In this document: positions 24,435 to 36,561 of the stretch, one piece after another
Numbering within the stretch: position 1 is the stretch's first letter
How the letters are laid out: each line of letters opens with the position of its first letter
From: Pseudogymnoascus verrucosus
Lineage: Eukaryota
Assembly (NCBI GenBank): GCA_001662655.1
Contig: KV460269.1
DNA: 64,000 nt
Direction: 5' to 3' (one strand)
Translations under genes and position numbers: made by a program
Notes under the pieces: generated by a model
What the model was told of the DNA's origin: nothing
The model's input: only the letters and a program-made list of their open reading frames with translations
Databases searched by the model: none

Positions 24435-26132
24435 AACTCCATAGCCTCCGGCGCAGCAACGCCCTCTTCTCTCTCACGCTTAACCTTAACCTCCTTCTCA
24501 CTCTCCTTTTCATCCCTGATGATCCCAGCCACGAACGTCCGGAAGTAGTCAATATACGGCTTGAGAGAAGTCTTCTCCCAGTCCTGGACGTTCCTCCCCC
24601 CGACCTCCTCCGGGCCTGTCCATTTATCGATTTCGCCAAGCAACTCTGTCACAGTAGGCACGGCTAGCGGGTCAAACGCCTCGAGCTTTCTCGTATCTAT
24701 AGGCACACAAACTCGCCCAGTGCCCGGATGAACGACGAACGGACTCTTCAGCAAATGGTTTAGCTTCTTGCTGACCTCGATATCGAGACGTGGATACGTA
24801 TACTCGAGAACGATATCCTGTTTGGCCTCCAGGAGCGCTTTCGTATCCAGGGATTTACTGGCTCCAGACTTGGCCAAGGCATCGATATCGGCCCATTTGG
24901 AAGCCGAGGAGCGGCCAGGCGCAGAATCCCACTTCTTGCGCAGGGATTCGTTGAGAGTCCTATCGGGGAGTAATTGTAGCAGGCGGTCGGCCTTCTCTTG
25001 AGTGGCCCAAGGATCTTGGTCTTCCAGGATATCAGCCTGGAAGTGCGATTTAAGCGTTTCTAAACTCCGGCTGGAGGTATATTAGATTTTGAATATAATG
25101 ATAGCAGAAATTCATAGGGGGATAAACTTACGCAAGATGCGGGTGCAATGGCCTCTTGACATTAACTTTCTTCCCGCTCTGTGCACCTCCCTTAATAACC
25201 TCGAGGTACCCCGCGATCGCCCTCCTCTTACTGTCATCCATCGTCCTAGCCTTCTTATCACAAACCCATGCGTGAGCTCCACGACGCCCAGAATACACCC
25301 ACATAATATGCTTAAACCCAAAGTCGTCCCTCAACGCCACATCCACGACCTTGATCGCCATCGTGATGAACTGCCAGCACCGAATACAGATATTCGCCTT
25401 GTCGCAGCACGTCCTAACATCATCGTAATCCGTCAAATCGATATCGAAACACAGCTCCTTCGCGATCGGCTTAAACGCCGTCGATCCCCGCAGTGTCTTC
25501 CTATCTCGCGGGTTCGTCGAATATACCGGCCCAATCTCAAAACGAGACGGCATCAGGCGCAGTACGTCGCGTCGCAGCAGTTCGGAATTCGGAAAGCTCT
25601 GATAACGCAGGTAGGCATCATTGGACAGGGTGAATGCGAATTCGCGGTGCGCGAAGTCGTTGCTGGGCATCGGGCTGTGGTTCAGCCACTGGAACAGGGG
25701 GCGCCAGGGGAACAGGCGCTGGTAGAACGAGCGCATGACTTCTGGGTCCGAAGCTCGCGCGCTGGGACCGATATTTATAGGTGACGGGGCATCTTGAGGC
25801 GACGGGCTGACTTTGGTGTCTGGGGCGGCAGAGCTGGGGAATTCCTCGTCGGACGACATGTCGTCGAAGATGTTTTCGAGGTTAATTTCTTGTTTTACTT
25901 TCGCTGGACTCGGGTCTGGCTTGATATTTTCTTGTGCTGGAGTTGGCTCGTCCATTTCGTCTGAGTCGTCGGTCTTAACAAGTTTCGTTTCTTCGCCATC
26001 GATGTTGCCCATCTCCTCGTCTTCCTTGGTCGGCACTGAGGCCTCGGTATTTTGGACGTCCACCGCTTCTTCCATGGTTTCGTCCCCCGTGGTTCCAGTA
26101 GGTTGCAAGTCGGGAGTGACAGAATGGGGCAT
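24431..26132 (-). CDS. PRI1: DNA primase small (catalytic) subunit
   Basis: HREFAFTL, KELCFDIDLTDYD, VYSGRRGAHAW, YPRLD..HLLKSPFVVHPGTG motifs; intron 25071-25131. Confidence 0.96.
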
Positions 26133-26222
26133 ACTGGTGTGATATAAGAATTTCACTCTTGGAAGTTGCTTGTGTTTACTGCGGGGTTGGCATATAAATT
26201 TATGGAAGTTCGTCAAGTGGAG

Positions 26223-26257
26223 ACGCGTGTGGATGAAGCGTGGGATACGCGACGCGT
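26223..26257. promoter_or_regulatory. MluI cell-cycle boxes (MCB) upstream of PRI1
   Basis: ACGCGT at 26223-26228 and 26252-26257 plus overlapping ACGCGA at 26247, 90-125 bp upstream of the PRI1 ATG. Confidence 0.7.
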
Positions 26258-26542
26258 AAATTGAAATCGCAGCCTTGTCAGCCTTGTGCCGTCTTAGAAA
26301 TCTATGTGAGAACGTTCGAAGATTCCCCAACAATTACAGTACTTCACAAATATGAATATCCAGAATATTAAATGCACAGATTATAATAGATAAAGTCGCT
26401 CATTTATTGCTCTCCAAAAATAACCACTATCCTAAACATCATCAGAAGAAGCCGCTCATTTCGTCTCAACCTCAGTCTTCGTAGCTATAGATAAATGGAA
26501 AATAGTGTAGGAGTGCTGCTATTTTGTGGCCTGGCAGTGGCA

Positions 26543-29052
26543 TCATCGGTCAGAACCCTCATCTGGAAGGTTCGTATTATAGTCTTCAGGAGCTATTCCA
26601 AAGAGATTTTTGGGTTTTGGTGGTACGAATCCGGTGGCAGAGTTCAAGGGCGACACATTGGACGCGTTTCTTAATCCAAATAGATTAGTTGGTGGAGATC
26701 CAAAAAGAGTTCCGGCATTTGATGGTGTGGCAGTGGTGGCAGCATTAGATGGTGAAACACTGGGCTCGTTCCTAAATCCAAAAGGATTAGACGATGAGGA
26801 TTGTGCCGGTACGCCCGCATCGGGGGCTCTGGAAGTAGACCCAAAGAGAGAATGCGAGCTGGGAGCCGGAGTCGAGCGGGCTCCAAGCAAACCGAATGGT
26901 GATGTCGATCCCGTATTTGTGCTTGGGGGTGCAGCTCTACTAGCATCAAAGCCAGAAGTGGACGAAGACTGAGGTGGTGAAAACATCGTAAATCCGCTGC
27001 TAGTGGGCATGTTCGTGCGAGCTGCGGGTCCAGAAGTTGGAAAGAATGAGCCGGGGTTGGTTGTTGATGAGCTTGAGGCTAGCCTTTGACCAAAGATACC
27101 TCCGGCACTGGTCGATCTTGCCGTTAGGGATGGAAGAGGGGAGGCGAGCGGGGAGACCCTGCCAAAGATTGGGTTTGACCCCTGGCTTATAGATCCGGTA
27201 CCGTCGCCGGTATCATTTTGGGGTGCAGCGTTCGATGCCCCGGCTTCAGACGAGCTACCCGCAGGTGTCGTTATAGCGGGAGACGCAGCAGTGGAGGCGG
27301 GCGTATTAGGTGCAGCCGCCGAATTATGGCTAACGGTAGGTTCGGTCTGGTTCATATTAGCTAAATATGTTAGGCCAGTCTCCGCCGTAATACTTACAGA
27401 AACTGGAGCCTGTGGGGGGCTTGAGTTCGCCGATAGGGGTGCAGTAGCTGATGCTTGTGGAGATAAAATATTAGTACCACTGGAATCAAGTCCACCGCCT
27501 TGGGCAGATGACGAAGAGGCTCCTGTTGTCGTTGGATTTGTCGAAGCTGAAGCAGCAACACCCACAAAGTGACTAAACGGACCGCTAGTGCCGAAGGCTG
27601 TTCTCGGTGTACCAAACGGAACGCTACTGTTGCCAAAGCCACCCGTCCCAAACCCTTGTGTTGGCGTCTGGCCGAAGCCAGCTCCCTTCAGCCACGGTCC
27701 CCCCCAATCCATGGTATCACCGGGGCGGCCGAAGGTGTCGTGTGGAGGGCCACCGGTAGTATCATCGTATCCTAACGTTCTCGTGGTATACCCAGTGTTT
27801 GGAAGATACGTTGTATATCTTATTTCACCAGATGATCCAACAGTTGTGCCGCCATCTCCCGATCCAGTGCTCTCAGAACCACCACCACTAGAACGTGCCG
27901 AATTTTGGGGTTTCGTAACAAACGTTTGCCTCGTTGGAGCCCTGGCGTTTAGTATGAACCTTCGAGTCTCACTCACCGCTGGACAGTCCTCTGGCCGATG
28001 TTTGGCATCATGGACATGGTAATCACAGGCTCCATTCACCTTTGGCTTGTGGGCAAGAGACACGTCCACACCAAGGCGGAGTCTCTTGAAGATGTCTTCA
28101 AGGAAGGACGGCCATTGTTCTACCAAGTCCATATTCCTATCAATCTGACCAGCAGCATTAATTTGCGATATAGTTGCATAGGCTGCGAACTTGCGACAAG
28201 GGGACTCTGGATGCGCCCGCTCGTAGATGAGTTCTATATGCTCCGTGGGCATTGGGCGGGGTGCCAGGAAACTCTCGCCTTGTATGTAGGTACTCATAGC
28301 GATGTTGAAAAGGTTCGTCCAGCATATTGTCTCTGCGAACAAGCAAAGGCGGAGAAGCGCCAGTTGGTGGGCTTCCTCGGACTCCATAATCGGTTCGATC
28401 GGTGAACAGTAAGGGATGCCGTCGATTCGACCAGGCGAAACTGGAAAGGGCTGAGGTATGACAGCATTTTCTGGCGATGGTCGTGAAAAATCTGAGAAGC
28501 GATGGTTGAGAGCGTAGTCTTCTAATCGAAGCTCCTCTGGGGAATATTGATTATAATCTGTCTGGGTGCCAATGTGGTCGAATCGATCTCGCATATTATT
28601 ATTTCCCTGTGGCTGCACGAATATTGTTGCTGATACCTCCTCATGCGCTCGATATGCAACGCTGCCTGTCCCACGATTTGGTGGGAGGGCAGCATTTCCT
28701 AACTTGGTTGCTCCCACAAATATACCTCTGGGAAACTCGTCGAAAGGTCCTGGTCCATATCCTAAAACAGGGATCTGATTTTGATACAGCCAGCCGATTA
28801 AAAGGTCAAAGGCATCTGGACTATCCTCTGGTAGGCGGATCGTCTGCTCATCGGCCTCCTTGAATTTGCCATTTAGAGCCTTTTCAAAATACTCCGACTG
28901 CGATGTAAGGAGTGTCTTGTGAACAGAGTAACGCTTCTCTCTAGGTCCGACGTATACTGTCACAATGTCACTGCCCATGAGCCTAGATAGCATTAGTATA
29001 ATATGATGAAATTTGGGGCCACATACTGTGCAAGATTCGGGAAGCCTGCCAT
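26543..29052 (-). CDS. BTB/POZ protein with an inserted GLEBS-like motif and FG-rich low-complexity C-terminus
   Basis: Short exon 29052-29027, intron 28983-29026. VTVYVG..YSVHKTLLTSQSEYF..ALNGKFKEA..IRLPED..AF..GWLY is BTB; RFDHIGTQTDYNQYSPEELRLEDY; 14 FG dipeptides in the S/T/G/P/N-rich tail. Confidence 0.88.
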
Positions 29053-30249
29053 GACCAGGATTTCAGGGTCCAAAGACCGATCTAGCTAGGATAATATGAT
29101 ATGATCTGATGATTTTGATGAAACGACTTGTAGTACGGATCGACCATCCAGCACGCCGCGCACGTGGAAATGTCCAGATTGATAACCAAAACGACTGAAG
29201 TTGTTTGCTCCAGGTAAAGTTATTAGGTCACAACAGGCAGCAGAAAGTTTGTCACAACAAACGCTGCCAACAGGCAAGCGATTGGTCGCAACACCAGCGC
29301 AAACTGTCTCACAATCACTAACAAAGAATCCCTTCAAAAAGGTGAAAATTAAAGCATAATTCTTCCTATTGATGTCAACCCAACTGCAATGGTCGTTAAA
29401 TTGTATGGATCATCGAAATGTTATGATTCGAAACTGAGCTGGACATTCTTAAGATTGATGGTGGTGGCGGTCCAGGCAGCAACAAGGTTAACGACAGGGG
29501 GCTGACGAGGCTGAAAAATGTGCCTGTTCATACGTCAATGTGCCTGTCAGCCTCGTAGTCCCACCGCCAGCCTTAGTTGTTTTGGTAAAGGATTGTTGAC
29601 CCCACAAAACTTGGAATACATCACAGAGACCAATGTGTTAATTTTGAATATAGGCACAGGTAAAGTATTTGGTTCATGCTATGGATATGATTTTAGTTCG
29701 TTCCGGCGGTGGATTGTGGCTGATGTTGGATTGTTGGAACGTGTCTGAAGTAGGTTAAGCGCGTGCATATTCCAACACCCAGGTTCCATTCCCAGCGGCC
29801 CGCAGCACAGGGGTTGGTTCGTCCCGTTTCATGCCCCAGCGTCGGCTGAGGTTTACCTCATAATTAGCTCTACTAGCATGCTAGGAAGCTGCGGAGTGGT
29901 TCGGAGATGAAGCGTATGAAGCAAGGTCCGATGCAGCTCAGCCTGGCCCGGCGCCAAAAACAAAACAATGCCACCGATCCAACCCATCATCTTTCCAGAC
30001 GTGGTGTATAAATGAAGATTCATGTCCCATAGAATTTCCACAGTTCTTAACCAGCGAAACATTTGCACTACCTGCTACTGTAGAGAGATACACAAGTAGT
30101 TACTTGAGCTTCCAGCGTCTATTTTCTTTGTCTTTGTTAGCACTGCTTCTAAATTCTTTCACTTGTTGTTGTACTATATTCTGCTCCCAGTTCACAACTT
30201 TCCTCAAGATCAGTCACGACTCGTTTGCTATCATACTCTGGAATTCACC

Positions 30250-33200
30250 ATGACGGATTCCGCAGATATGGAGCTACCATCTTTGAAAGCACTGCAGACT
30301 GGAGAACAAATGGAGCTTCTCAACATCGTCGATTCTCTTCGTGCTGAAGGCCTTGGCGAGATTACAGCTCTTCCACAACTGATTGTATGCGGAGATCAAT
30401 CCAGTGGCAAGAGCTCTGTGCTAGAGGCCATTTCTGGTATTCCGTTTCCTAGAAAGGAAAACACCTGCACTCGATTCGCAACCGAAGTCATACTTCGCCG
30501 GTCGCCAGAGAGCAGGATATCAGTGTCTGTCGTCCCTTCCAGAGACCGAGAACAAGCCGATCGAGAGAAGTTGTTGAAGTTTCGTCACCAACTAAGCACA
30601 CCAGACGACTTTCCTGACTTGTTTGACAAAGCGAAGGATGCCATGCTCAATGTCCCGGGAAAGTCATTCTCAAAAGATATCTTGAGAATCGAGTTCTGTG
30701 GACCATCTCAACCGCAGCTGACACTCGTCGATCTTCCTGGCCTCATTCACTCACACATCGAAGCTGAACAACAAACACCGGAAGACGTCAAACTTGTCAC
30801 TGAATTAGTATCGGATTATTTGAAAAGTCCTCGAAGCATCATTCTCGCTATCGTATCTGCCAAGTACGACATCAACGTCCAGGTTATTCTCAATCGAGCT
30901 CGAGAGGTCGATCCCCAAGGAATTCGAACCCTAGGCATCATCACCAAGCCTGATACGCTCGTAAAAGGATCAGAATCAGAAGACTCATTTGTTAAATTAG
31001 CCAGAAACGAACGAGTCAAGTTTCGACTGGGCTGGCATGTTGTTAAAAACCTTGACTCTGCACATAAGGAATCCCTGGAATCTACACTCGAGACTCGAAA
31101 CACTGAAGAGAAAGCATTCTTCAAGGGTAGCAATTTCAAGAGTTTACCATCGCAGAACGTAGGCATTGAATCACTGCGTACTCAGTTAAGCAAGATCCTC
31201 TTCAACCAGATTCGACTTGAGTTGCCCCGCCTCGTGGATGATATCGAGCAGCGGATCCTTACTGCCAGAGCTTCAAAGGACAAACTTGGACCTAGCCGCA
31301 CTTCGATTGACGACCAGCGTTCATTCCTGATACAATTAAGTCAAACCTTTCAGACAATTTGCCAAGCGGCCGTTCGGGGCGATTATGACAATGATTTCTT
31401 CCATAGTGATGAACTGCGGGAGAAACGACTTTTCCAAAGTGATGAATTGTCTGAGAAACGTCTTTGCGCCATTTTGATGGACAAACACTTTGGGTTTGCT
31501 GATAACCTGCTGAAAAAGGGTTGTCAATGGACAATCGGGGAACGATCATTCGATACCGTTGGATTTACATTCGATACTAAACGTCGAACCCGTGAGGAGG
31601 CCATAGCAGATGCCTGTAGATTGTTAAAGAGAAGCCGTGGAAGAGAGGTGAAAGCTCCCCTACTTTATGCCCAGAAGCAATCCTATGTAGATTCGAATGC
31701 TAACAAATTTGGATATAGCTGCCTGGTCTTCCGAATCCACTCTTGGTGGGAGAACTTTTCCGTGAATATAGCCGCCCATGGGATACACTTGCTCGGATGC
31801 ATATCAAGAATACCTGGGAAATTACGAACAGATTTCTTGACCTTGTGCTCCAGCACCTGACCGATGATGATGTTCGCGAAAAGATCTTGCGTCTGTGGCT
31901 TGAACCCGTCATGGCGCAAAAGCTAGAGACGGCATACGGCAAACTGGACGAACTTCTTGAGGTTCATAAGGAGCATCCCTTCACCACCAATCACCACTTC
32001 ATGGATAACAGGAAGAAGCTTCAGCAGAAGGATACAAAGGATGAGATACAACAAAAACTGCTAGGTGTTGTAAAAGCCGGCCAAAAGCTATCAGTGGAGG
32101 ACATCACTCTACTCGTAATGAATTTGAAACCCGAGGTGAAGGCTGATATGGACACGATTGCTGCCGAAGATGCCTTTGACAACATGATGGCCTATTACGA
32201 GGTTAATATAACAGTTTGCACAACATCACTACGTAGTTTGCTAACATGGTGCAGGTTGCAATGAAGTTATTCATGGACAATGTGCCAACCTTGGCCATCC
32301 AAGCGCCAATTGTTCGAAAACTAGATGAGGTCCTGTGCCCAACCGCAGTTTTCCGCATGCCACCAGATCTCGTGGCGAAAATAGCCGGAGAATCCGAGGA
32401 GAAGATGCAAGAGCGCGAGGAAATTCTTTCAAAGTTAAGCACCTTGGAAACCGGGGCTCAGATATGCAGACAGTACGCTATGCGTCCTCAGTCCTGTGAG
32501 TATATCTTTGTCTTGTATGGGCGAGATTATGAGACTAATATCCTAGTCGCAACTGCTCCGTTGAACCCGCCATTTAAAGAATCGGCCGTTTCTTCAAGCA
32601 CCTCTTCTAGAACCGGCCTCTTTGGAGGTGGAACGCCATCCAAAGGCCTTTCCACCAATTCTGCATCTGGCGATCCTCCAAGTGCCTCTTCTGGAACCGG
32701 CCTCTTTGGAGGTGGAACGCCATCTAAAGGCCTTTCTACCAATTCTGCATCTGGCGATCCTCCAAGTGCCTCTTCTGGAACCGGCCTCTTTGGAGGTGGA
32801 ACGCCATCCAAAGGTCTTTCCAGCAATGCTGGATTTGGCGCTTCTTTAGGCTTAACCCCTGAAACCGGTCTCTTTGGGTCAGCCGCTAGGCCGCCATCAT
32901 CATCTCAGACTTCACAGACCGGTTTTGGCGGTTTTGGCCCTAGTGGAATCTCTCCAAAACCGAGTTCATCCGTGCTTTCTACCGAAGCGAACGCGCCAAA
33001 ATCCTATGCAACAAACTTTTTTGAGCAGTCAACTTCAGAAAACGCCGAGTTAGTTCCTATAACTTAATCCGTGTAATTAAACTGGCCTCAGGGTGCTAAT
33101 CATTTCCAGGCAGAGCGGAAAACGAAAATAAGCCTTTGCCTTGGCAGCCCATTTTGCCCATACGGTTTACCATGGACGCGTCCAATGGCCGACATGAGTT

Positions 33201-33374
33201 TGAAAATGGACATGGACCTACACCTCACCCCACGTTGCTTCAACACATCTCAGCGATGCCGCAGTGTATAAACTATTCAGCTGAGGTAAGGGCTACCCGT
33301 TACTTTTTGTGTTTGTGCTTATTTGGCATCTATAGGAGCTGAGGCTGTCTGATCTCGCGCACATGGCTAGGTAG
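30250..33374 (+). CDS. Dynamin-family (Mx-like) GTPase with GED, GLFG repeats and a probable C-terminal GLEBS-like motif
   Basis: G1 GDQSSGKS, G2 CTRF, G3 DLPG, G4 TKPD. Introns 31648-31718, 32202-32254, 32496-32546, 33049-33113 (or -33109) and 33286-33335. The 3' exons are less certain than the GTPase core. Confidence 0.85.
32601..32823 (+). repeat. 84-bp coding tandem repeat, about 2.7 copies (SSGTGLFGGGTPSKGLSTNSASGDPPSA)
   Basis: Units start at 32601, 32685 and 32769 and are nearly identical. Confidence 0.95.
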
Positions 33375-34224
33375 GATGAACTTACTGATGTGATCAATCG
33401 AATTCATTTGAAGAAGAGATGAATAAGAACTTCGAGTTGTCGGGTTGCTTTTTAACTATGCTGTTGTGTTTTTCCAATTCTGAAGGCTTGTTTGCTAGTA
33501 GTTACTGAGGTGATAAATCGGAATAGCTGTTCGTATATGGAGAAGTTTGGCTGGGGCTGAAAGTTGTCAGATCAACGGTTAGCTGTAGGTTAGCTGTAGT
33601 CCTTTTTTTGGCCAATATATAGGGCTCGTTTGCTTCGTATGTAGACTTTATTTAATAATGTGGCGATTCTGTGCTTCATCTTGGTTGTTTTTTGTAGTTC
33701 GTTAGGTTTATTTTTCTTGGTAACATATATTAAAATAAACTAAAAATACAATACACCTGAGACAGTTAAATCTCAGGAAACTAAATAACGATACAGGCAA
33801 TGTCATTAGCCATCAGCTTTAACTAATGATATATCCCAGTGTTTATTTTCCTGTCGTTCATTACGTCACGCTGGACTGCTGCGGTGCCTGTGAGCAAGTT
33901 TTTGTTGCCATGCCCGTAGCTCGTACATCAGCTAGCTCGTACATCAGTTAGAAATCTGGTTCTTTTGCCATGTCAATTTTTGCAATTTATTTTATCAATA
34001 ACCAATATTTGAATCGCTGGTTACTAAATACTATAGTAACGACTAAGCTACGTAAAGAGCGAATGTTCGTGAATTTCGTTATGGGAGCCGCCTACATTCT
34101 ATAACATGTAAGCGGCTCCAAAACAAGAAAGGCAGACAGTAGCTGATGGTGCTCTATCCATATTCGCACCAAACTCATATATACATTTCGTGTGCCAGAC
34201 CTATCCTCCTGGTCAACGTCCTGC

Positions 34225-36561
34225 TCACATCACAGAGCACTTAGACCCATAAACAGCCTGCTGGCATTGGGACAAATAGCCCATCTCCTCCTCCCCACCG
34301 CTCGGTCCTGCGCCCTGAATAATATTCCGCACGCCAACGACCTTCAGCCACTGCTCACCCTCATTGTGCCACCACTTCAGCTTCTGCGTCATCCCACCAT
34401 CCTCGTCGAAATGGCCGATACTCCACTTTCCTCCGCTCACCTCGACCACGCACTTATCACTCGGAAAGTGGAATTCGGGCAGGAGAACCTCGGTTGGCGT
34501 ATCCTCTGCCGTCGCACTGTCGGCAGTAAGGCGCATAGTGAAGGTGTAGTTCCGCAGGTCGAAGCCCGACTGAAGAAGCTTTCCGGCTGTGGCGATGGGG
34601 GAGGGTCGGACGTAGGCTTCTGCGGCGCGGTAACCGGGCGCAGCAGTGAGTTCAGGGGCGTTTGAGGGAACGGAGGAAATTGATGGTGTCTTTAAGTTGT
34701 CTTTTAGGTTCCGGGAGTTGATATATGAGTCGCCGAGGGTAGCGGATGATGCATTGACAATGGAGGCATTGGAGGCGGAGACGGGGAGGGCAGATTGAGG
34801 GAGGAGACGATCATCCAGGGAGAAGACGGAGAAATCTTCGCCGTTCCATTGGTCGCCGAGGGCATGTGTGTTCTAGTGGTTGTCAGTGAATTGTTAGGCG
34901 CAAAGATACAAAGAGGGGCTCACATTGCACATGTAAACCCACAGGGTATAGCCAGCCATCATACTTCCCTCCACAGCGAAGTGATTCGCATCCAATGCAC
35001 CCGACTGGCTCGAGTAATCACCTGTTTTATACGCATACTTATCGTCCATGTCGTAAGGGATGCCGAATTCGGTCATGACACATGGGTGATTGCCCATATT
35101 ATCTAAACCTTCCTTCTTCATAGCTGACATTTGATCTCTGAAACAGTTGCGGATTGCTGTCTCGCCAACTTTGATCGCAAAGGCCGGGCTCAGGTACCGG
35201 CCACGGAGAATTCCCAAAACATCAACGTTCCAGAAGCGATTCCACTTCTTCGTCATCAACGTGATACCGTCATAGTAATGAGGAGCGTAAACCATTTTTG
35301 GGTCATCATCCACCGTTCCCTTAATAGTCGGTGGAATTTCGAGAGTTGGTGGCTGGCAGAATAAAATGGAATCCCCGTGGATTGCCCGTATGGTGTCCCT
35401 GTTCTTTCTGTAATAATCCATGAAATAGGTATTGGTGAAGCTCTCATAATTTCCAAGAACCTCTCCAGTTCGAGGATTCGTCTTGAAATAGTCCTTCTTG
35501 AGTAGGACGTCATTTTTTGGGTCCCAAACGCCGTGCTGTGCCCAAATACATTCCCCTAGTTTCCATCCAGGCTCCCGCTTCCAACCATACCTAGAATCAT
35601 CATAGTCGGCATCCAGCCATGCGGATTTTCCTTCTGGATCAACTAATGCTCGCCCGGATTTATATGGGCCCATTCCACCGATATCCCACGTATCAACCTC
35701 ACATGCCCTTCCAGATCCCAACTGGATCGCTTGCCAAGCGGTAGGCGAAGTACCTTTCTGGAGTTTTTGCTCACTCGGTATGACAGAGAGGTCATTATAA
35801 CCAATCAACCCTCTACTGGGTTCATTCATACTTTCCCATCCTATGACTATATCATTTTCTAGGTCGCCGGCCTCGTGGATCTTTTGTGCCAGGTGGCCCA
35901 GTGCACCACAAAAATGATTCTGCAGATAGTCTTGAATATTGATGCCGTCAATAATGCATTTGGGTGCAAAGTCCTTCCCGCCGAAGAAGAGGCTAAACAT
36001 GACTTGGCAGACCAACCTTGTATAGTTGGTCGACCAAATCATCTTCGGGAATTTCTCTGGTTCAGGATACATGCAGTGAACCAGGGCAGCTTCTGTGGCA
36101 ACAAAAGCCTCCGGGTTCAAACCCGCAGCGTATAACGTCCACATAGGCGCTCCAGAGCCCCCAGAAAAGCGAGACCAGACGTCCTGATGGGGGTCCATAA
36201 AGATGTAGAATCCATATTCCCTTGCTGCTCGTAACACTGAGATGGTGTGCTGAATCCACTCTTCGTCGTATATGCCGGGCCCCGCGTGTTCGATTGCCTC
36301 CCAGGTAAAGACATATCTAATAGTATTGTAGCCCCAGCGTTTCAAGCGGGAGAAGTGGATGTGGGCGTCTTCGAGCGGGAATGGGCGTTCATGGAATTCG
36401 ACATTGTCCCCCTCGAAAAAGTCCGCTGATATATGGGATGGTTGCTCGGGTTTGCTTGGATATTTTGCATCGCCAGCAACGTTGATTCCGCGTATGGTTA
36501 TTTGTCTGCCGTGGGAGTCACGAAATTCACCATCCTCAATCGTAAGTCGTAGTTGCGACAT
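34225..36561 (-). CDS. EGH1: GH5 endoglycoceramidase-related protein / steryl-beta-glucosidase (EGCrP2/Egh1-like)
   Basis: MDPHQDVWSRFSGGSGAP, MNEP (acid/base), APHYYD, TEFG (nucleophile), WNGEDFS; intron 34873-34923. Confidence 0.88.

Noticed and set aside
26133..26333. N-terminal extension of the PRI1 ORF
   Set aside because: Non-ATG start, and it covers the MCB promoter elements.
26543..29052. Calling the FG/GLEBS gene the true NUP98/NUP145 orthologue
   Set aside because: It has an N-terminal BTB, sparse FG repeats and no autoproteolytic (HF/S) or Nup96 domain.
29740..29815. tRNA-like fragment (AGTAGGTTAA..GGTTCCATTCCC)
   Set aside because: T-stem and acceptor stem do not pair; no cloverleaf.
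30250..33374. Calling the dynamin VPS1, DNM1 or MGM1
   Set aside because: It lacks the conserved DFLPRG.GIVTRRPL signature and has FPRKENTCTRFATE, typical of the Mx-like fungal group.
33570..33950. Short tandem duplications (GTTAGCTGTAG x2, TAGCTCGTACATCAG x2) as TSDs or an array
   Set aside because: Adjacent copies with no intervening element or spacers; consistent with slippage. No CRISPR-like array anywhere in the window.
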